Below, one piece after another: positions 39,088 through 53,147 of a stretch of 64,000 bases of DNA (position 1 is its first letter; every line of letters begins with the position of its first letter). Source of the DNA: Amoebidium appalachense (Eukaryota > Protista > Ichthyosporea). Under the pieces are notes generated by a model. It worked only from the letters and a program-made list of their open reading frames with translations. It searched no databases and was not told the origin of the DNA. The stretch lies in NCBI GenBank assembly GCA_963693365.1, contig CAVNZM010000001.1, positions 14,556,418 to 14,620,417 on the forward strand. Direction: 5' to 3'. Position numbers and translations under genes: made by a program.

Positions 39088-41190
39088 AACCCAAAAAAAA
39101 AATATTCCCTTCCTTCCACCCTAAAACATGCAACTCACCAGCTTGCCCATGATCTTCACAACGTATGGGCCCTCCTGCGGCGTCACCGAAAACAGTAGGG
39201 GGGTTGTGCTGTTGGTGTCAATGTGCAGCGCACTGAGCAGCTCCACAAGGTGTGCAACACTCGTGTCTGCATGGCAGCACCGCCTCGCCATGTGCATTTG
39301 TCTTGCTGCCCATGCTCGGCAGGCCCAGCAGAAGCACGTGGGGCGGGGAGGCGTTGGCGTCGGCAGCGTATGACCCTACCAACACTTCTCTGCCGTTGTC
39401 TTCCACCACGGCCAACCCCAACTGTGAATCATAATATATGATCACTACACAAACACACACATACATAATGCAGCATAGTGTCAAAAACCCGATATTCCCA
39501 TTATACATCAAACCACCATCCACGAAACAGCTTATTCAAACACCGAAACATATGTCCTGTGGAAACAAACCGTGTGTGCATAAATTGAAAGACACAGCAC
39601 ACAGACAATGTGCAACATGCACTCACAACCGGGGCTGATGCTGCCAGCATGCCTTGAAAAGTATCTTTCTTGGGGGCAGATGGTGCACTGTCATCCACCG
39701 CCCTACCCTGTTCCGATCCACGACCGTTCTTCTTCTCTCCTTTCTCATTTCCCTTATCTCCCTCCCCTTGCTCACCCTCCTCCCGCTCTTTCTCTCCTCC
39801 ATCCTCCTGTTCTGAGTCACCTCCATCATCATCATCCTCTTCCTTGTCGTGGCGGGATCCCTCCTGTGCTCGTGCCTCCTCCATGTCGCTACCCTCCGAG
39901 TCATCACTCGCATCACTCACGACATGTTCAGCAATCGACAGCTTAGCGGCGGGCTTTCTGGAATGTGATCTGGACTTGTTTGCCGGTTTCTTGGGTGTGG
40001 GTTGTGGGTCCGGTACCGAACTGTCCGCTACTTTTTTCTTTGCGTCGCTGAACCCAGTAAAGGTCACAATGAAGTCCACGAATCCAGACATTGTGCGACC
40101 CTACGAGATAATGTTGTTAGATGGGCTACGAGATAACAATGAATTCACGTGACATGCTGCTTTTTTTTTTTTGTTTGTATGTTTTTGGGCTGGAGGTGGG
40201 TGGGTGGGGTAGACTCTTTCAACCTCCCAACATAGACCTGTGTCAGAAAATCAAGGGATCTTCATCAATTTAGACACTTTTTTTTCTCGTTCATTTACAT
40301 CCTAAATTATTCCCTCGGAATGGCTACCGGTTTAAGTTTTCAACACATAGCACGGTAGCCAATTTTTGATAGGGACGTTTACAAGTTTCTTTAAGGTATG
40401 ATAATTTACACTATAGTGATATGTAAGCTTACCTTCTTCGAGTCGGCATCTGCAGTGTCGTCGTCGTCATCCCCCTCCGTCAACAAATACAGGAGTGCTT
40501 TGCACACCCAATCATTGTCCTGCTTTGGTTTGTAGCCCGCAGCTGTAATTTTACTCCAGAACTGCTGAAGAGTAAACAAATACGTGAACCTGACCGACAT
40601 GGGATCCGAGCAGAGCGTGTACTTCTGCATGAGGTAATCGAAAGCAGTGGTGCAGTCGATGCCGGGAGAGGTGTGCAACATGTCTTGAATGGCCCTGCAA
40701 TGAAAAGTATGAGAAACAACAACAATATATGTTTGTGTGTGTATGTGTGAGTATTTGTGATTGTGTGCGGGTGTTGTGTATGTGTGGGCACTGGAAATGT
40801 GTATATATCAGATTGCAATGTATATATGCGAAAGTTACAACTCTCAAAGGCCGTTCCATAAAACATGATAGATGCACAAAGCAGACAGTTGTGAAACTAT
40901 AACAAAAAGCCTGGCGGCTATGTCATGTGACGGTTTTTTAGGGGACACTCACAGAAAACGTTTCACTTGTTCCTTGGCATTCTCAAACGCCCTGCGGCGA
41001 CCGACGGCATCCACGGACTCGCCAGATGTGGTGGTGGTGAGTTTGAGGCCAAGCAAGTCAACATCAGCGGCTACATACATTTTCGTCAACAGAGGCCCCC
41101 CACACATATTACACATACGAGCAGGAGACACCAGAAACCGATTACACCGCCAAGACATAATCATCTTTGCGTTTTTACACCATACCACAT
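37929..41190 (-). CDS. Multi-exon hypothetical protein (possibly frameshifted)
   Basis: Coding-like blocks with splice signals at ~41190-40952, 40695-40433, 40100-39627, 39422-39139, 38807-38501 and 38334-37929, including an acidic linker and a basic RGG-like tail. Frame discontinuities at ~39290 and at the G-run ~38210. No recognised domain. Confidence 0.5.
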
Positions 41191-42174
41191 TACGAATAAA
41201 CGAATCTATGTAGGAACGAGACTCTCAAACCGTATTCGCCATATAGGCTACTAGTAGTTGGTGTTTTTGTGGTCCTAACACAGGAAGGGACTCAACTCGT
41301 AGAGTAAAAAGATATCTATCAACCATAGACTTAAAACTATTCATAATGCAGCCAGCAATCCGTGTATTCTTCGCAGCCCGGTAAAGTTAGCAACCATATG
41401 CATTTGATCTGCATTTTGGGCAAATTCCAGATCTGCAAGTCACAGTCTTAAAGAGGGACTCATAAGAGTGGCCGCAGTGCACGTGGGACATGCATACGTC
41501 AAGTTACACCTTTGACGCCGGCACAATTAAGGTGCAAGCATTGCTAAGCAATTGTTGTTCATTCGGCAGTTACTTTATTCTCGAGTATTCGCGCACGGTT
41601 GTAGGACTATATGCGCTGCCACCACAGCGATTCATTCTTCATTATCGCCCTCGTCCCGGCCTAAGCTGCCCGAAGGTCATTCATAAACTTGCCCGGCAAC
41701 TTGCCTGCGTGACAAAGGCTAGGTTGAATCAGATAACACGAATAATAAATCTTTTAAGGGTCAACCTGAAAATATCGCACCCCCTCTCGAAACACGCACA
41801 CCAACAATATTAAACGAAAATAAACCGAGATTTTGACTAAATTCATTGGTGAAAGAGCCACCCCAATCAAGGCCTTATTTCCGGCCTTACAAATGCCAGG
41901 CTATTCATGCCCCGGACTCCGAGTATTACGATCAAAAATTGGGGTTCAAGTCATTCACGAAAAATACCCGTAACCCCCTACAAGTATGGCCGTGTTCGTG
42001 CGTGTGTGCGCGTGCGTGTAGTGTGCGTGCCTGCGTGTGCGTGTCTATGTGTGGCCAGAGTACTGTGCAATTCATGCCATCACCAACCTCCGGTGGAAGA
42101 CGAATCCCCCCTCCAACTCTAACACCTTGAAAACTGGCCCGGTTTGCACTACGTTCCAAAAAAAGAAACATGGC

Positions 42175-42430
42175 CTAATTATAAAATCGCATGTTGGCTG
42201 CAGGCCCTAACCTCCCTCTAATGTTTCTGTCGCCCGGTGGTGGCCCTCTTGGGCCCTTGTCGAATGCCCCTGGGGGATTTCTCATCATATACGAGCCGGG
42301 CCCAGGAACCGGCCCGCCTGGCCCGGGTGGCCCGGGACCTAGCAGGCTGGCCCGACCATACGGAGGAGGCTGCATTGGTCCCGGATACTGTGTGTGTGTG
42401 TGCGTGTGCGTGCACGCGCGCGTGTGTGCA

Positions 42431-42489
<59 letters not shown>

Positions 42490-43912
42490 ACAGGCGTGTT
42501 CAGTCTTGTGCAAGGAAGGGAGGTCGGGTGGGGAAACGATGAGCGTATTGTCCAATGCTCTGAAGCAGAGCCCCCCCCCCCCCCCCCCTTTTACAGGCAT
42601 GCACGAACATATACACAAACACCCATGGAGGAATACACCCACACACGTGCATGTGCAGACACTTTTGGTCTCAGCTTTGGATAATTTTCAACATCCATTT
42701 TGGTCCGTAGAAGGCGCCGAACCACCGGCACCGGGCAGGCAGGGGCAGGGGGGGGTACATGGTATGAGTTGCGACGATACAACACGAGCACACGGTGTGA
42801 CCTCAAGAGGGGGGTTAACACATTAGTGGTCGGCAAACAAACATGGAGATCAAGACACCCGGGAAGGGGGGGGGGAGGGAGGGTTGCTTACGCCCATGGG
42901 ACCTGGGAACGGGGGCTTGCCGATGCCGGGTGGGGGAAACATGTGCGGTGGTGGTCCCTGTGAGGTGATATTGGTTGTGTCTGAGTGCACTCAAGGGAGA
43001 TAGTGCTTGGGGAAGAGAGCGGGGCTTAATTTGGCGGTGTGTGGAGTAGGAGGAAAAGAGGAACGAACACAAGAGAGAGTGTGATGGCAATAGGAACACT
43101 GGTTGTGTGCTTGTGTGCGCGTGAGAGAGATGGGCATGCTCTTCCTCTTATTCTCTGCGCATGTCGGCTTCGTTCTTTTCCTATTTCCTTCTTCCTCACT
43201 TTCTTTCTTTCGTTCGTTAGTTTCTGTGTGTGTGTGTGTGTGTGTGTGCACGCGCGCGCGCGTGTGCGCGCATGTGTGTGAAAGTATAACGCAAAAGCTT
43301 GTTTGGTAAGGTGGTGGGTGTGCATGTGTTTCTTTTTTTCTTTCGTTTGTGTATGTGTTTGGTGACGGCGGTGGCGGTGGTGTGTGCGTATGTATGTGTG
43401 TACGTGTGTCGGAGGAGGAGGGGAGAGGGGGGGGTTTTGAATGCGTCAAAAAGTACGAAGTACACAAGAACAAACGGATAACACGATGCAGAATGCAAGC
43501 CATACATAAAGAGTATGCATAATAAGCAGAGCCCATCCTCAGGGGGGGCCCACGTCATCCACAGTACCCGAGTTTCGACCTATTCCCCTCGTTAACGAAA
43601 CCCAAGGGGGGGGGGGGGGGGGGTCCCTACCCCAAACTCAGGGCCGTACTGGTCTGGGTACTGCTGTGGGCCCCCACCGAACGGCATCATCCTGCAACAC
43701 ACAAACGGCCAATCAGAAAACAGGATGGGACATCCTATCAATGTTCCCTAGCCATGGCACACATGCAAGTATATTGCAAAAACACACACAAAGGTATGGT
43801 TTGGAGAAAGGCACATGCACATGCACGCACGCACACACGAGCCTCACTCCGTCTGGATAGAAAACCAAGAAGTAGACACAAGCTGCGGAAACCTTCCCCC
43901 CCCCCCCCCCTC

Positions 43913-43945
<33 letters not shown>

Positions 43946-44929
43946 AAGAAAGAAAGTATAAAGGAAAAGCCATGCAGACAAAAGATGCTGGATCAAAGCC
44001 CATCTCCAAAGGGTTCACGGGGGACTGGAGTGGGTGTGTGGGTGTGTAGGTGTGTGTTCACGTGCGCGTCTGTGTGGGTGTGTCGGTGTGTGGGTGTGTG
44101 GGTGTGTGTTCACGTCGCGTCTGTGTGGGTGCACTTATGCACGTGCGTGCCTTAGAAGGTACGTGTGTGAGGGGCCAAGCAACGTTTCCGTTTTACCTCT
44201 TCCGACCAGGCATGCCATACGGAGGGGATGGACTCCGACCCTGAAAATCAGTCAAACCATATCAGTGTATGCCCGATGTATGCTATAGGGGCTGACAGGC
44301 TCTACTGAAATGTATCAACTCAATCATCCCCGCCATGTTTCTAATAAAGTTTTCCTCCTTAACCTGCATTGGTGGTGTGTGGATGTGTAATCTCTCTCTG
44401 TGCCTCATTCCCTCACTCTTGAAGCCCCTGCCGGGGAGGGGGGGGGGGGGGGGGGGGGGGGGGATCGACAAGTGATGCACCAAAAGGGTAACCAAAGCCA
44501 TAGTCTTAAGGAACAAAGGTTCAAAATAGACCATGTACGCTGTCAGATTAATCAAATTTTAGAAGCCGCCGGCTGAAATCGCTATGGCATGTGACGTCAA
44601 CCTGATATACGTCATTTCAGATTACAATTTTCCCCGAAGTCTGTAGTCTGGCGGGGTATGTAGTCTATTTTAAAGCGTTAGTTGTTAACTCCAAGGACAC
44701 GTGCTCCGTTGTGACCTACACCCTCAAACGCCTAATGCTCCACCCCCCCTTCCCCCCCCCCCTTCCTCGGCCCAAACACACACATACACCCAAACGGCAC
44801 ACCCACACACCCTCATCAACACTGCGCACTCGCACACTTCCCCCCAGCCTCTTATTTTTCAGCTGCCGACCTCCGCCCAAATTTCACATCGACACAACCC
44901 GACTTCATACACACCCACCAACCTTGCCG

Positions 44930-44965
<36 letters not shown>

Positions 44966-45758
44966 ACCCCCCCCTCAAACCCTGAAGAAACCACACACAC
45001 CAACACCACAACCACACCTACACACACATACAAACACACACACACACACGCATCCGTGCCCCACCCCACCCACACTTACCCTGAACCCTGAGTCTCGCCG
45101 CTCAAACAGCATCGCCCTCTCTCTGGGGTCCGCCCTCTCCCATCCCGCCCCAGCCCTCTCCCTCTCCCACCTCTCCCTCCCCGCCGCCTCCCTATCTCTG
45201 TCTCTGTCCACCCACCCCCTCGGGCCCGTGTCCATCCTTCCCAACTGATACAGTTCCCCTTCGTCCGAACAGCTCTCAGAGTCCCTCTCCCCTTCCTCCG
45301 GGGAGGAGTGTGTCTCCCCGGGCTCCGGGGACGGCCTTCTGTCAGTGTTTCTCTCCCTCTCTCTTTCCCTCTCCCTGTCTCTGTCCCTGCCTCTCCCCCT
45401 TTCCCTCTCCCTCTCCCCCTCCCCTTCCTCTCTCTCGTCTTCCGATTTGTCCTTGTCCTCTCTGCTCCTGTCTCTCCCCCACTCCCTTTCCCTTTCCTTC
45501 TCCCTGCTTCTGCCCCTGCTCTTCAACTTCTCCCGTTGTCTCTCCCTGTCTCTGTCCCTCTCCCTGTCCCTGTCCTTCTCTCTGTCTCTCTCTCTGTCCC
45601 TATCCTTCTCTCTATCTCTCTCCCTGTCTCTGTCTCTTTCCCTATCTCTGTCCCTGTCTCTCTCCCTGATTCGGTCTATCGAACTGCCTCTCTGCCTGGG
45701 CTCGTCATTCCTCCAGTCGCGCTCCCGATCTCTCTCACGAGAACTTCGTTCTCCACGG

Positions 45759-45797
<39 letters not shown>

Positions 45798-45872
45798 CCG
45801 GGGGGGGGGGGGGGGGGGGAGGGGGGGGGATGGGATGCATGCATTAGATGGTTTGGAAATATGGAGGAGACA

Positions 45873-45957
<85 letters not shown>

Positions 45958-45998
45958 CACATGCATGTGCGTTTGTGGGAGAAAGGGGAAGTGTGTGT

Positions 45999-46029
<31 letters not shown>

Positions 46030-46175
46030 GGGGGGGGAGTCAGTATATGTTGCAGACAGTGAGGTTCGTAAGCGAAAGGGACAAGCACACCTAAGAAGTC
46101 AGCACACCCACTTAGACAGTTATCAACCCCCTGAGGATGTGGCATATCTACAACTCGAGATGCGCAAGCCCACAT

Positions 46176-46246
<71 letters not shown>

Positions 46247-47209
46247 CACGCACACGCACACGCACACGCACACGCACACGCACACGCACACGCACACGCA
46301 CACGCACACGCACAAGCACACGCACACGCACACGCACACGCACACCGAACCCTACCCACACCAAAATCGCGCACACATACACACCCATCCACCCACACTC
46401 ACACATGGACAATCCCCCCCCCCCCCCCCCCCCCCCTTCACCCCTCCCCAACACGCCCACTACACCAGACCACACTAATACACAATATCATCCGCACCCA
46501 CCCACCAACATACCTGAGTGCTGATCTGAAGCCCCCACTTCCTCTGCGGGGAATATCCCCATGCTCTCCCCTGTCACGATCTGGCACAGTCACTGTGTCA
46601 GCTACCAACCCCCTGCCCCCCCCCCCCCCCCCCTCCCCCCCCCCCCCTCCCCCCCCCCCTCGGGGCTCCCCGTGCCACCACCACAGTCAAACATAAATAC
46701 AAACAACACACCACCACCAAGTGGACACACACACACGAAGCCACATCAATCCAGGCCGGAGGCAAGGTGCCCATTCCATGGCCCAGCAGTTGCAAAACAC
46801 TTCACAGGACACACGGCACACATGGTACGCTATCCCTGCTGCATTCTTCTATATCTTTACTATTATTAATGATATTTCAAGAAGAAAAGATTGTGTGGTT
46901 TGTGCTTGCTTATGTGTGTGTGTGTGTGTGTGTGTGGTGGTGGTGGGAGGGGGGGGGGGGGGGGGGGGAGTAAAGAAGGAATTGATCAAGGGCCGTGCTC
47001 AAAATCCGCTGTGTGAGTGCATGTGCCTAGGATTGCAACGTTCATATCCCAGTGCAGTGACCCACACACACAGAGGGTGTACCCACCTCCCATGCTGTCT
47101 CTCCTGTCCCTCCGGTCCCCCTGCACACACAAATCAAACATGTTAGATATTTCCATCCCCAAATACAGGTGGGAGGTTTAAGCAGTGGGCGAACAAACAT
47201 ACATCGCAG

Positions 47210-47251
<42 letters not shown>

Positions 47252-47975
47252 CGCGCGCGCACGTGTGTCTCAAACACACGCGGGTGCTCATGTACGTTCA
47301 TCGGGTCACACATCAGCCTGCTGTCTCCAGGCTCAGTGTGAACATAATCAGGATTATTAGTCAGAAAGCTCGATGTACATTCATGAAAGATATATAATTT
47401 CTCCCCTGCCGCACACTGCAACTTGGTATACATACGGAGGACAAGACGACGCCTTAACAGTTAGTGAAAACAATGTTGCTATAGATTCAACTGGTTACTC
47501 TAACCGTGTACGCCGATCTCCTTGTTGGGCCATTTGCCCTTCCTTTCCATTAGTTGTGCCTTGGCCATTCGTTCCTGCTGTGCAAGGATACCTGGGCATG
47601 CATGATGCTAGTCATGTCCGTGTAGCCGATGCCGCGTTGGAAGAAAACAGTAAGCCGCACGAGCTTGTGGGGGGCCCACCCAGACCAAAGCCACCTATCA
47701 CATCATATCCGGTGCCCCGGCCCATTCTCCCTGTATGCACACGAACACACGGACATGTTGCTTCATTACTGAACTCCCATATCTGTCACTGGTCCAACGG
47801 CGGGGAGGGGGAGAGAGAGAGAGGGGGAGAAGGGGGGGGGGGGGGGGGCAGGAGAGAGAAAATGAGTGAGAGAAGAGGGACGAGAGAGGGGGGGGGGGGG
47901 GGGGGGGGGGGAGGGGGGGGGGGGGGGGGGGAGAAAGGGAAAGAGAGAGGGAGAGGAAGGGAGGAAGAGGAAGAG

Positions 47976-48025
<50 letters not shown>

Positions 48026-48043
48026 GTACCGGGGCTGGCGGCT

Positions 48044-48079
<36 letters not shown>

Positions 48080-48300
48080 GGGACGTACCGATGGTTCACG
48101 TGAACCCTCCCTGCTGTATGGCACCTTTTCATCTTTTTCATCATCCCCACGGGAGAAGCTGCACACAGGGGGGTAAAGAGTGTTAGAAGGAGGAATGGAA
48201 AGAAAAACGTACCACCACGCACACAGGAGAGGAAAAAACGGGAAGGGAAGGGAGAGAAAGGGAAGGCAAGGGAGGAAGAGCAAGAATAATTGAGGGAATA

Positions 48301-48358
<58 letters not shown>

Positions 48359-48433
48359 GGGGGGGGATGGGAGGGCTGGAAAGAGGGGCAAATACGTCGA
48401 ATACGGATGGTACATGCTGAACCGAAACCAACG

Positions 48434-48477
<44 letters not shown>

Positions 48478-48669
48478 ACCCATCCCAACTCCCTCTTCCC
48501 CACCCCCGGGACAGTACAGGGAGAAAGTACAAAAGACGGCATCACGAATAGCGACTGTATACACGCATTCTACGTGCATCACTCTATGGAGGAACCAGGG
48601 TAAGGTTGTGTAAGGTAGATTTTAGTACTGGTGGTGGCCGGGGACGGGGTGGAAGAGGAAGAGGACGTG

Positions 48670-48710
<41 letters not shown>

Positions 48711-48831
48711 TGTGTGTGTTTGTGTGTGTCGGTTATGATGGTGGGCTTATTTCTTCCGTCGTTTTTGTCCCCCGCGCGCGCGTGTGTGTGTGTGTGTGTG
48801 TGTGTCTGTGTGTGAGGAGGAGGAGGAGAGA

Positions 48832-48871
<40 letters not shown>

Positions 48872-49499
48872 AACCTGTCCAGTCTTGAGACGCGGCTGCT
48901 CCTGCTCTCCCTCACGTCTTTGCTGTCAGACCTCCTCAACTCATGCCGGGGTGTGGGCTGGTCCTCGTGCAAACCACTCGTGTGCCTGTCTGCTGCTCGT
49001 GCATCTGTAAAAAAAAAAAATAAAAAAAAATAAGAAGGAAGAAGAAACCAAGAAAATAAAAAAGCAAAGGAAGGTTGGTAAGAATGCATGCATGCATGCA
49101 TGCCTGGCTGCCTGCCCCCCCCCCCCCCCCCCCCCCCTCCCTCTCCCCCTGTAAACCAACAAAAACCACGACAGCAAAACGACCAACAAGAAGAAAACCA
49201 AAGACCACCCCCACCCCCCTCTCTTTACTAGGTTCCAACAACACAAATCCACGCACCCTCCTTTCTGTCGTGCCTGTGTGACTCCTCCTTGTGTGTCCTT
49301 TCGATCACCGTCGCCGTGGTGGTAGGCTTCGAGTCACTTTCGGGTCGGGTCTGCGCCAGTGGCGGTGGCGGCTCGGGCCGGGCCGGGGACTCTTCACTGG
49401 GTGGAGGAGGGGCAGGGGCGTCGCCTGCTGTGGCGGCTGGCTCACCAACAGACAATGATTTTGCTGGCTCGGTGGTAATCGGATCTAATCGGAGACGGG

Positions 49500-49538
<39 letters not shown>

Positions 49539-49998
49539 GGGTGAGAATGCGGAAAAAAAAAAAAAGCAATAAAACAAAAAAGAGCCCGTTGCGCTGCCAC
49601 TTTTGTTTTTATGCTGACAGCACCCCCCCAAAATCACCATCTAGATTTTCTGTTCTCAGACACTTGGCTGATCTCAGACTTAGCTTCCCCCCCCCAAACT
49701 CTACGCATACACCCCCTGGCACCCACACAGGCATATACAGTGTCACACACATACACACACACATGCACACACGTACATTACACGCACACAGTGCCCGCCG
49801 TCTGCCCACAAACAACACACGCATGCAACTCCGAACGTACACATATACACCCACCCACACCCACACCCACACAATCCAACACCCCCCCCCCCTAAAACCC
49901 CCACCCACCCACCCACACCTATCTCCACGGGTATCTCCTTTTTGTCTCCTCAGCCCATCTCAGTGAACTTGTACGTGAGGTCGGGCAGGAGCTCATCG

Positions 49999-50048
<50 letters not shown>

Positions 50049-50233
50049 ACACACACACCCCCCAAAAAAGCACACCCACACACACCTATCTCCATGGGTG
50101 TCTCCATTTCGTCCCTCCATCCCATCTCAGTAAAGCTGTACGTGAGGTCTGGCAGGGGCACAAAGTCACCCACACCCACACACCCACACACCCCCACCCA
50201 CACCCCCACATCCACACCTATTCCTCCCCCCCC

Positions 50234-50305
<72 letters not shown>

Positions 50306-51039
50306 TCTCCATTGGTGTCTCCTTTTCGTCTCTCCAGCCCATCTCAGTGAACTTGTACGTGAGATCGGGCAGGGGCTCATCATCCAGGTCCTTGGGCGAG
50401 GGGCTGGGAGCTGCCGCAGGCTTGCTGACAATTCTGCACCGTGTAAACCGGGATTAAGTGGGCAGGCAGAACAGGAATAATAGCTAGGCCGAAAAGTAGG
50501 TGGGTAAAGGAGGAGTGAGTGGGTAGGTACAACAGCAATAATGGGTAGGTGAACAGGAATAAGTGGGTAGGCAGAACATGAATGCGTGAATAGCCCCCCC
50601 CCCCCCCCCAAAAAAAAAAAAAAAAAAAAAAAAGAGAGGAATTAACGGGTGGGTAGACCAAGAATAGCTGGAAAGGTAAAAAGATAGAAGAGGCAAAAAA
50701 AAAGGAAAAGTAGGCATCTAAGATAGGAAAAAGTGGGCAGGAAAAACAGAGATAAGTGTGTAGATTTAGATGTGTGGTGTTTATGCTGCATGTGTGTGTG
50801 TGTGTGTGTGTGCGCGCGCGCGCGCGTACACGTGTGTGTGTGTATATGCGCATATGTGACGGTGGTGATTTGTGTGTGTGTGTGTGTGTGTGTGTGGTAT
50901 GGTGGTGGCTTGGTTGGGCAGGTGGGGTGGGGGTGGGGGGTGTATGCTTTAGAATGTTGCAGTCAAAATTATGGAAGTGGGTACAGAAAAAGACAAAACC
51001 AGGGGGCAGGGGGAGGGGGAGGGGGCATGGCGGTGGCGG

Positions 51040-51078
<39 letters not shown>

Positions 51079-51454
51079 AAACCAACCCGTGCTTCAGCTT
51101 GTACTGGGATAGACTGAATCGTGTCTTTGCCACCGGTTGGCCCCCGTCTTTGCTCTCTCTGCAGCCACACACCAGTCAGAGCATACCAAGTTTGGTGGAA
51201 AGAGTGGTGGAGGAGAAGGGGGCGTGGGGAGGAGGGGGGGAGGATTAAATACATGTGTTGCACAATACAGATTATGCATTTGCAACAGTGCAATGCAGAT
51301 ATGAAAAAAAAAAGAAAAAAGAAAAGAAAAAAAAGAAAGAAAGTAAGAAAGAAAGCCCCCCCCCCCCCCCCCCCCCCCCCCCATTCCCCTCAAAAAAGAA
51401 AAAAAGAAAAAACAAAAAAGAAAAACACAAAAAGTGTCTAAGAGCAGGGCCCCT

Positions 51455-51489
<35 letters not shown>

Positions 51490-52504
51490 GGGGGGGGGGG
51501 GGGGGGGGGAAGCGGGGATTCGCAGTACCCGAGCTCCCCCCAATCCCCCCCCTTCCCCCCCCCCCCCCCACCCCCTCCCCCCAGAAGGGAAACGAAAAAA
51601 CAAAAAACAGCCAACCTACTCTCCTCTCCCTCTCCTTCTCCTCCACACTCCATACACCCCTCCGAGCCGCACAGCACCACACACACACACACACACACAC
51701 ACCCACCCACATACCTCTTTGGTTGCTGTTGCGCACTCGCACCATCCTCCCCCGTTACCGTCCCCGTCCCCAACTTCTCCCTCTCCGCCTCCGCAGAGTT
51801 TGCCTCACCCACCACCACCTCCCCCACAACACCCTTCTTCTCTCCCTGCTCTCCACCCTCCTGCTTCCCTTCATCCGCCTGTCCATTCACCTCCACCCCC
51901 TCTCCAACCTGTCCAACCTGCGTCTCCGCACCCGCGTGTGTCTGCACCTCCGCACCCTCCCTTTGGCCCTCTCCCTGCCCCTGCCCCTGTCCGGGGGGGA
52001 CATGTTGTTGGCTGGCCCTATGCACCGGGGCCTCTGGCATTCTAAAAATAGCACCGCCGCTTTGGTTGCCATCTGGGCCAACACCACCAGCATGTTGGTC
52101 CGCAGTATGAGGTGTGTGATGGTGGGATTCATGGCCTTGGGGCCAAGCATGTGGAACCCCCCGCGCTAAAGGCGAACTCTGATTGGGCGAATGCCCTGGT
52201 AACGACAGCGACCCGCGAGAAACCGCGTGGCCCGCGGGTAATTGGCCCGAACCTGTCGGGTGGGATGTTTGGCGCTGGGGGCTAGGCGTGCCGTGCGGGC
52301 CCGGATGAGGAACCGTGAGTTGGGGCTGGGATGCTCGTTGTGTCCGCTGCTTTTTCCGCTCCTCCTCTTGGAGGGCATACTTAAACAGCTTAAATAGGTT
52401 TGCTTTCTGCGTTGGTTTTGCACGGTCAGTTCTAGGACTCCCCCCCTCCCCCCCCCCCCCCCCCCCCCAAAAAAAATTTTTTTTTAAAAAATAAAATAAA
52501 AATA

Positions 52505-52586
<82 letters not shown>

Positions 52587-52909
52587 ACGATCCCCCCCCC
52601 CCCCCTCCCCCCCCCCCCCCCTTTTACCGGTACAGAGTCAACGACGCCAACCAGCTCCCCTCAACACCTTTTCATTACAGGTTGCAAGCACAGCCATCCA
52701 CAATTTGAGCTATCGTTTGGTCTGCTCTCCGAAATTCTTCCTGCTCGCACGTGTGCACGCACTCGCATGAGAGACAATATCAACGAAGTCGCAAGAGCCG
52801 CTGGCAAAAGCAAAATCGTCCACACCCGCTCTATCCACATAGTCAAACCAAATCAAACGGCCTAAGACTGCCATCAGGAAACCCCCCCCCCCCCCCCCCC
52901 CCGCTCCCC

Positions 52910-52962
<53 letters not shown>

Positions 52963-53105
52963 ACACACACAAACAAAAAAAAGGCAAAAAAAAAAAAAAA
53001 AAAAAAAAACATGCACGGACACTGTCTCTCCACCGTTTTCAACAATAGAGATCCTGGACCTTCCAGGAACAAAAGCGAAGCACGAAAAACAGCCAAAGCA
53101 AGCTA

Positions 53106-53147
<42 letters not shown>

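Noticed and set aside
46060-46175. CCCCCTGAGGATGTGG plus hairpins and an upstream CGAAA, resembling the ribozyme family
   Set aside because: No partner strands for stems I or III and no homology beyond the core word. At most a remote relic.
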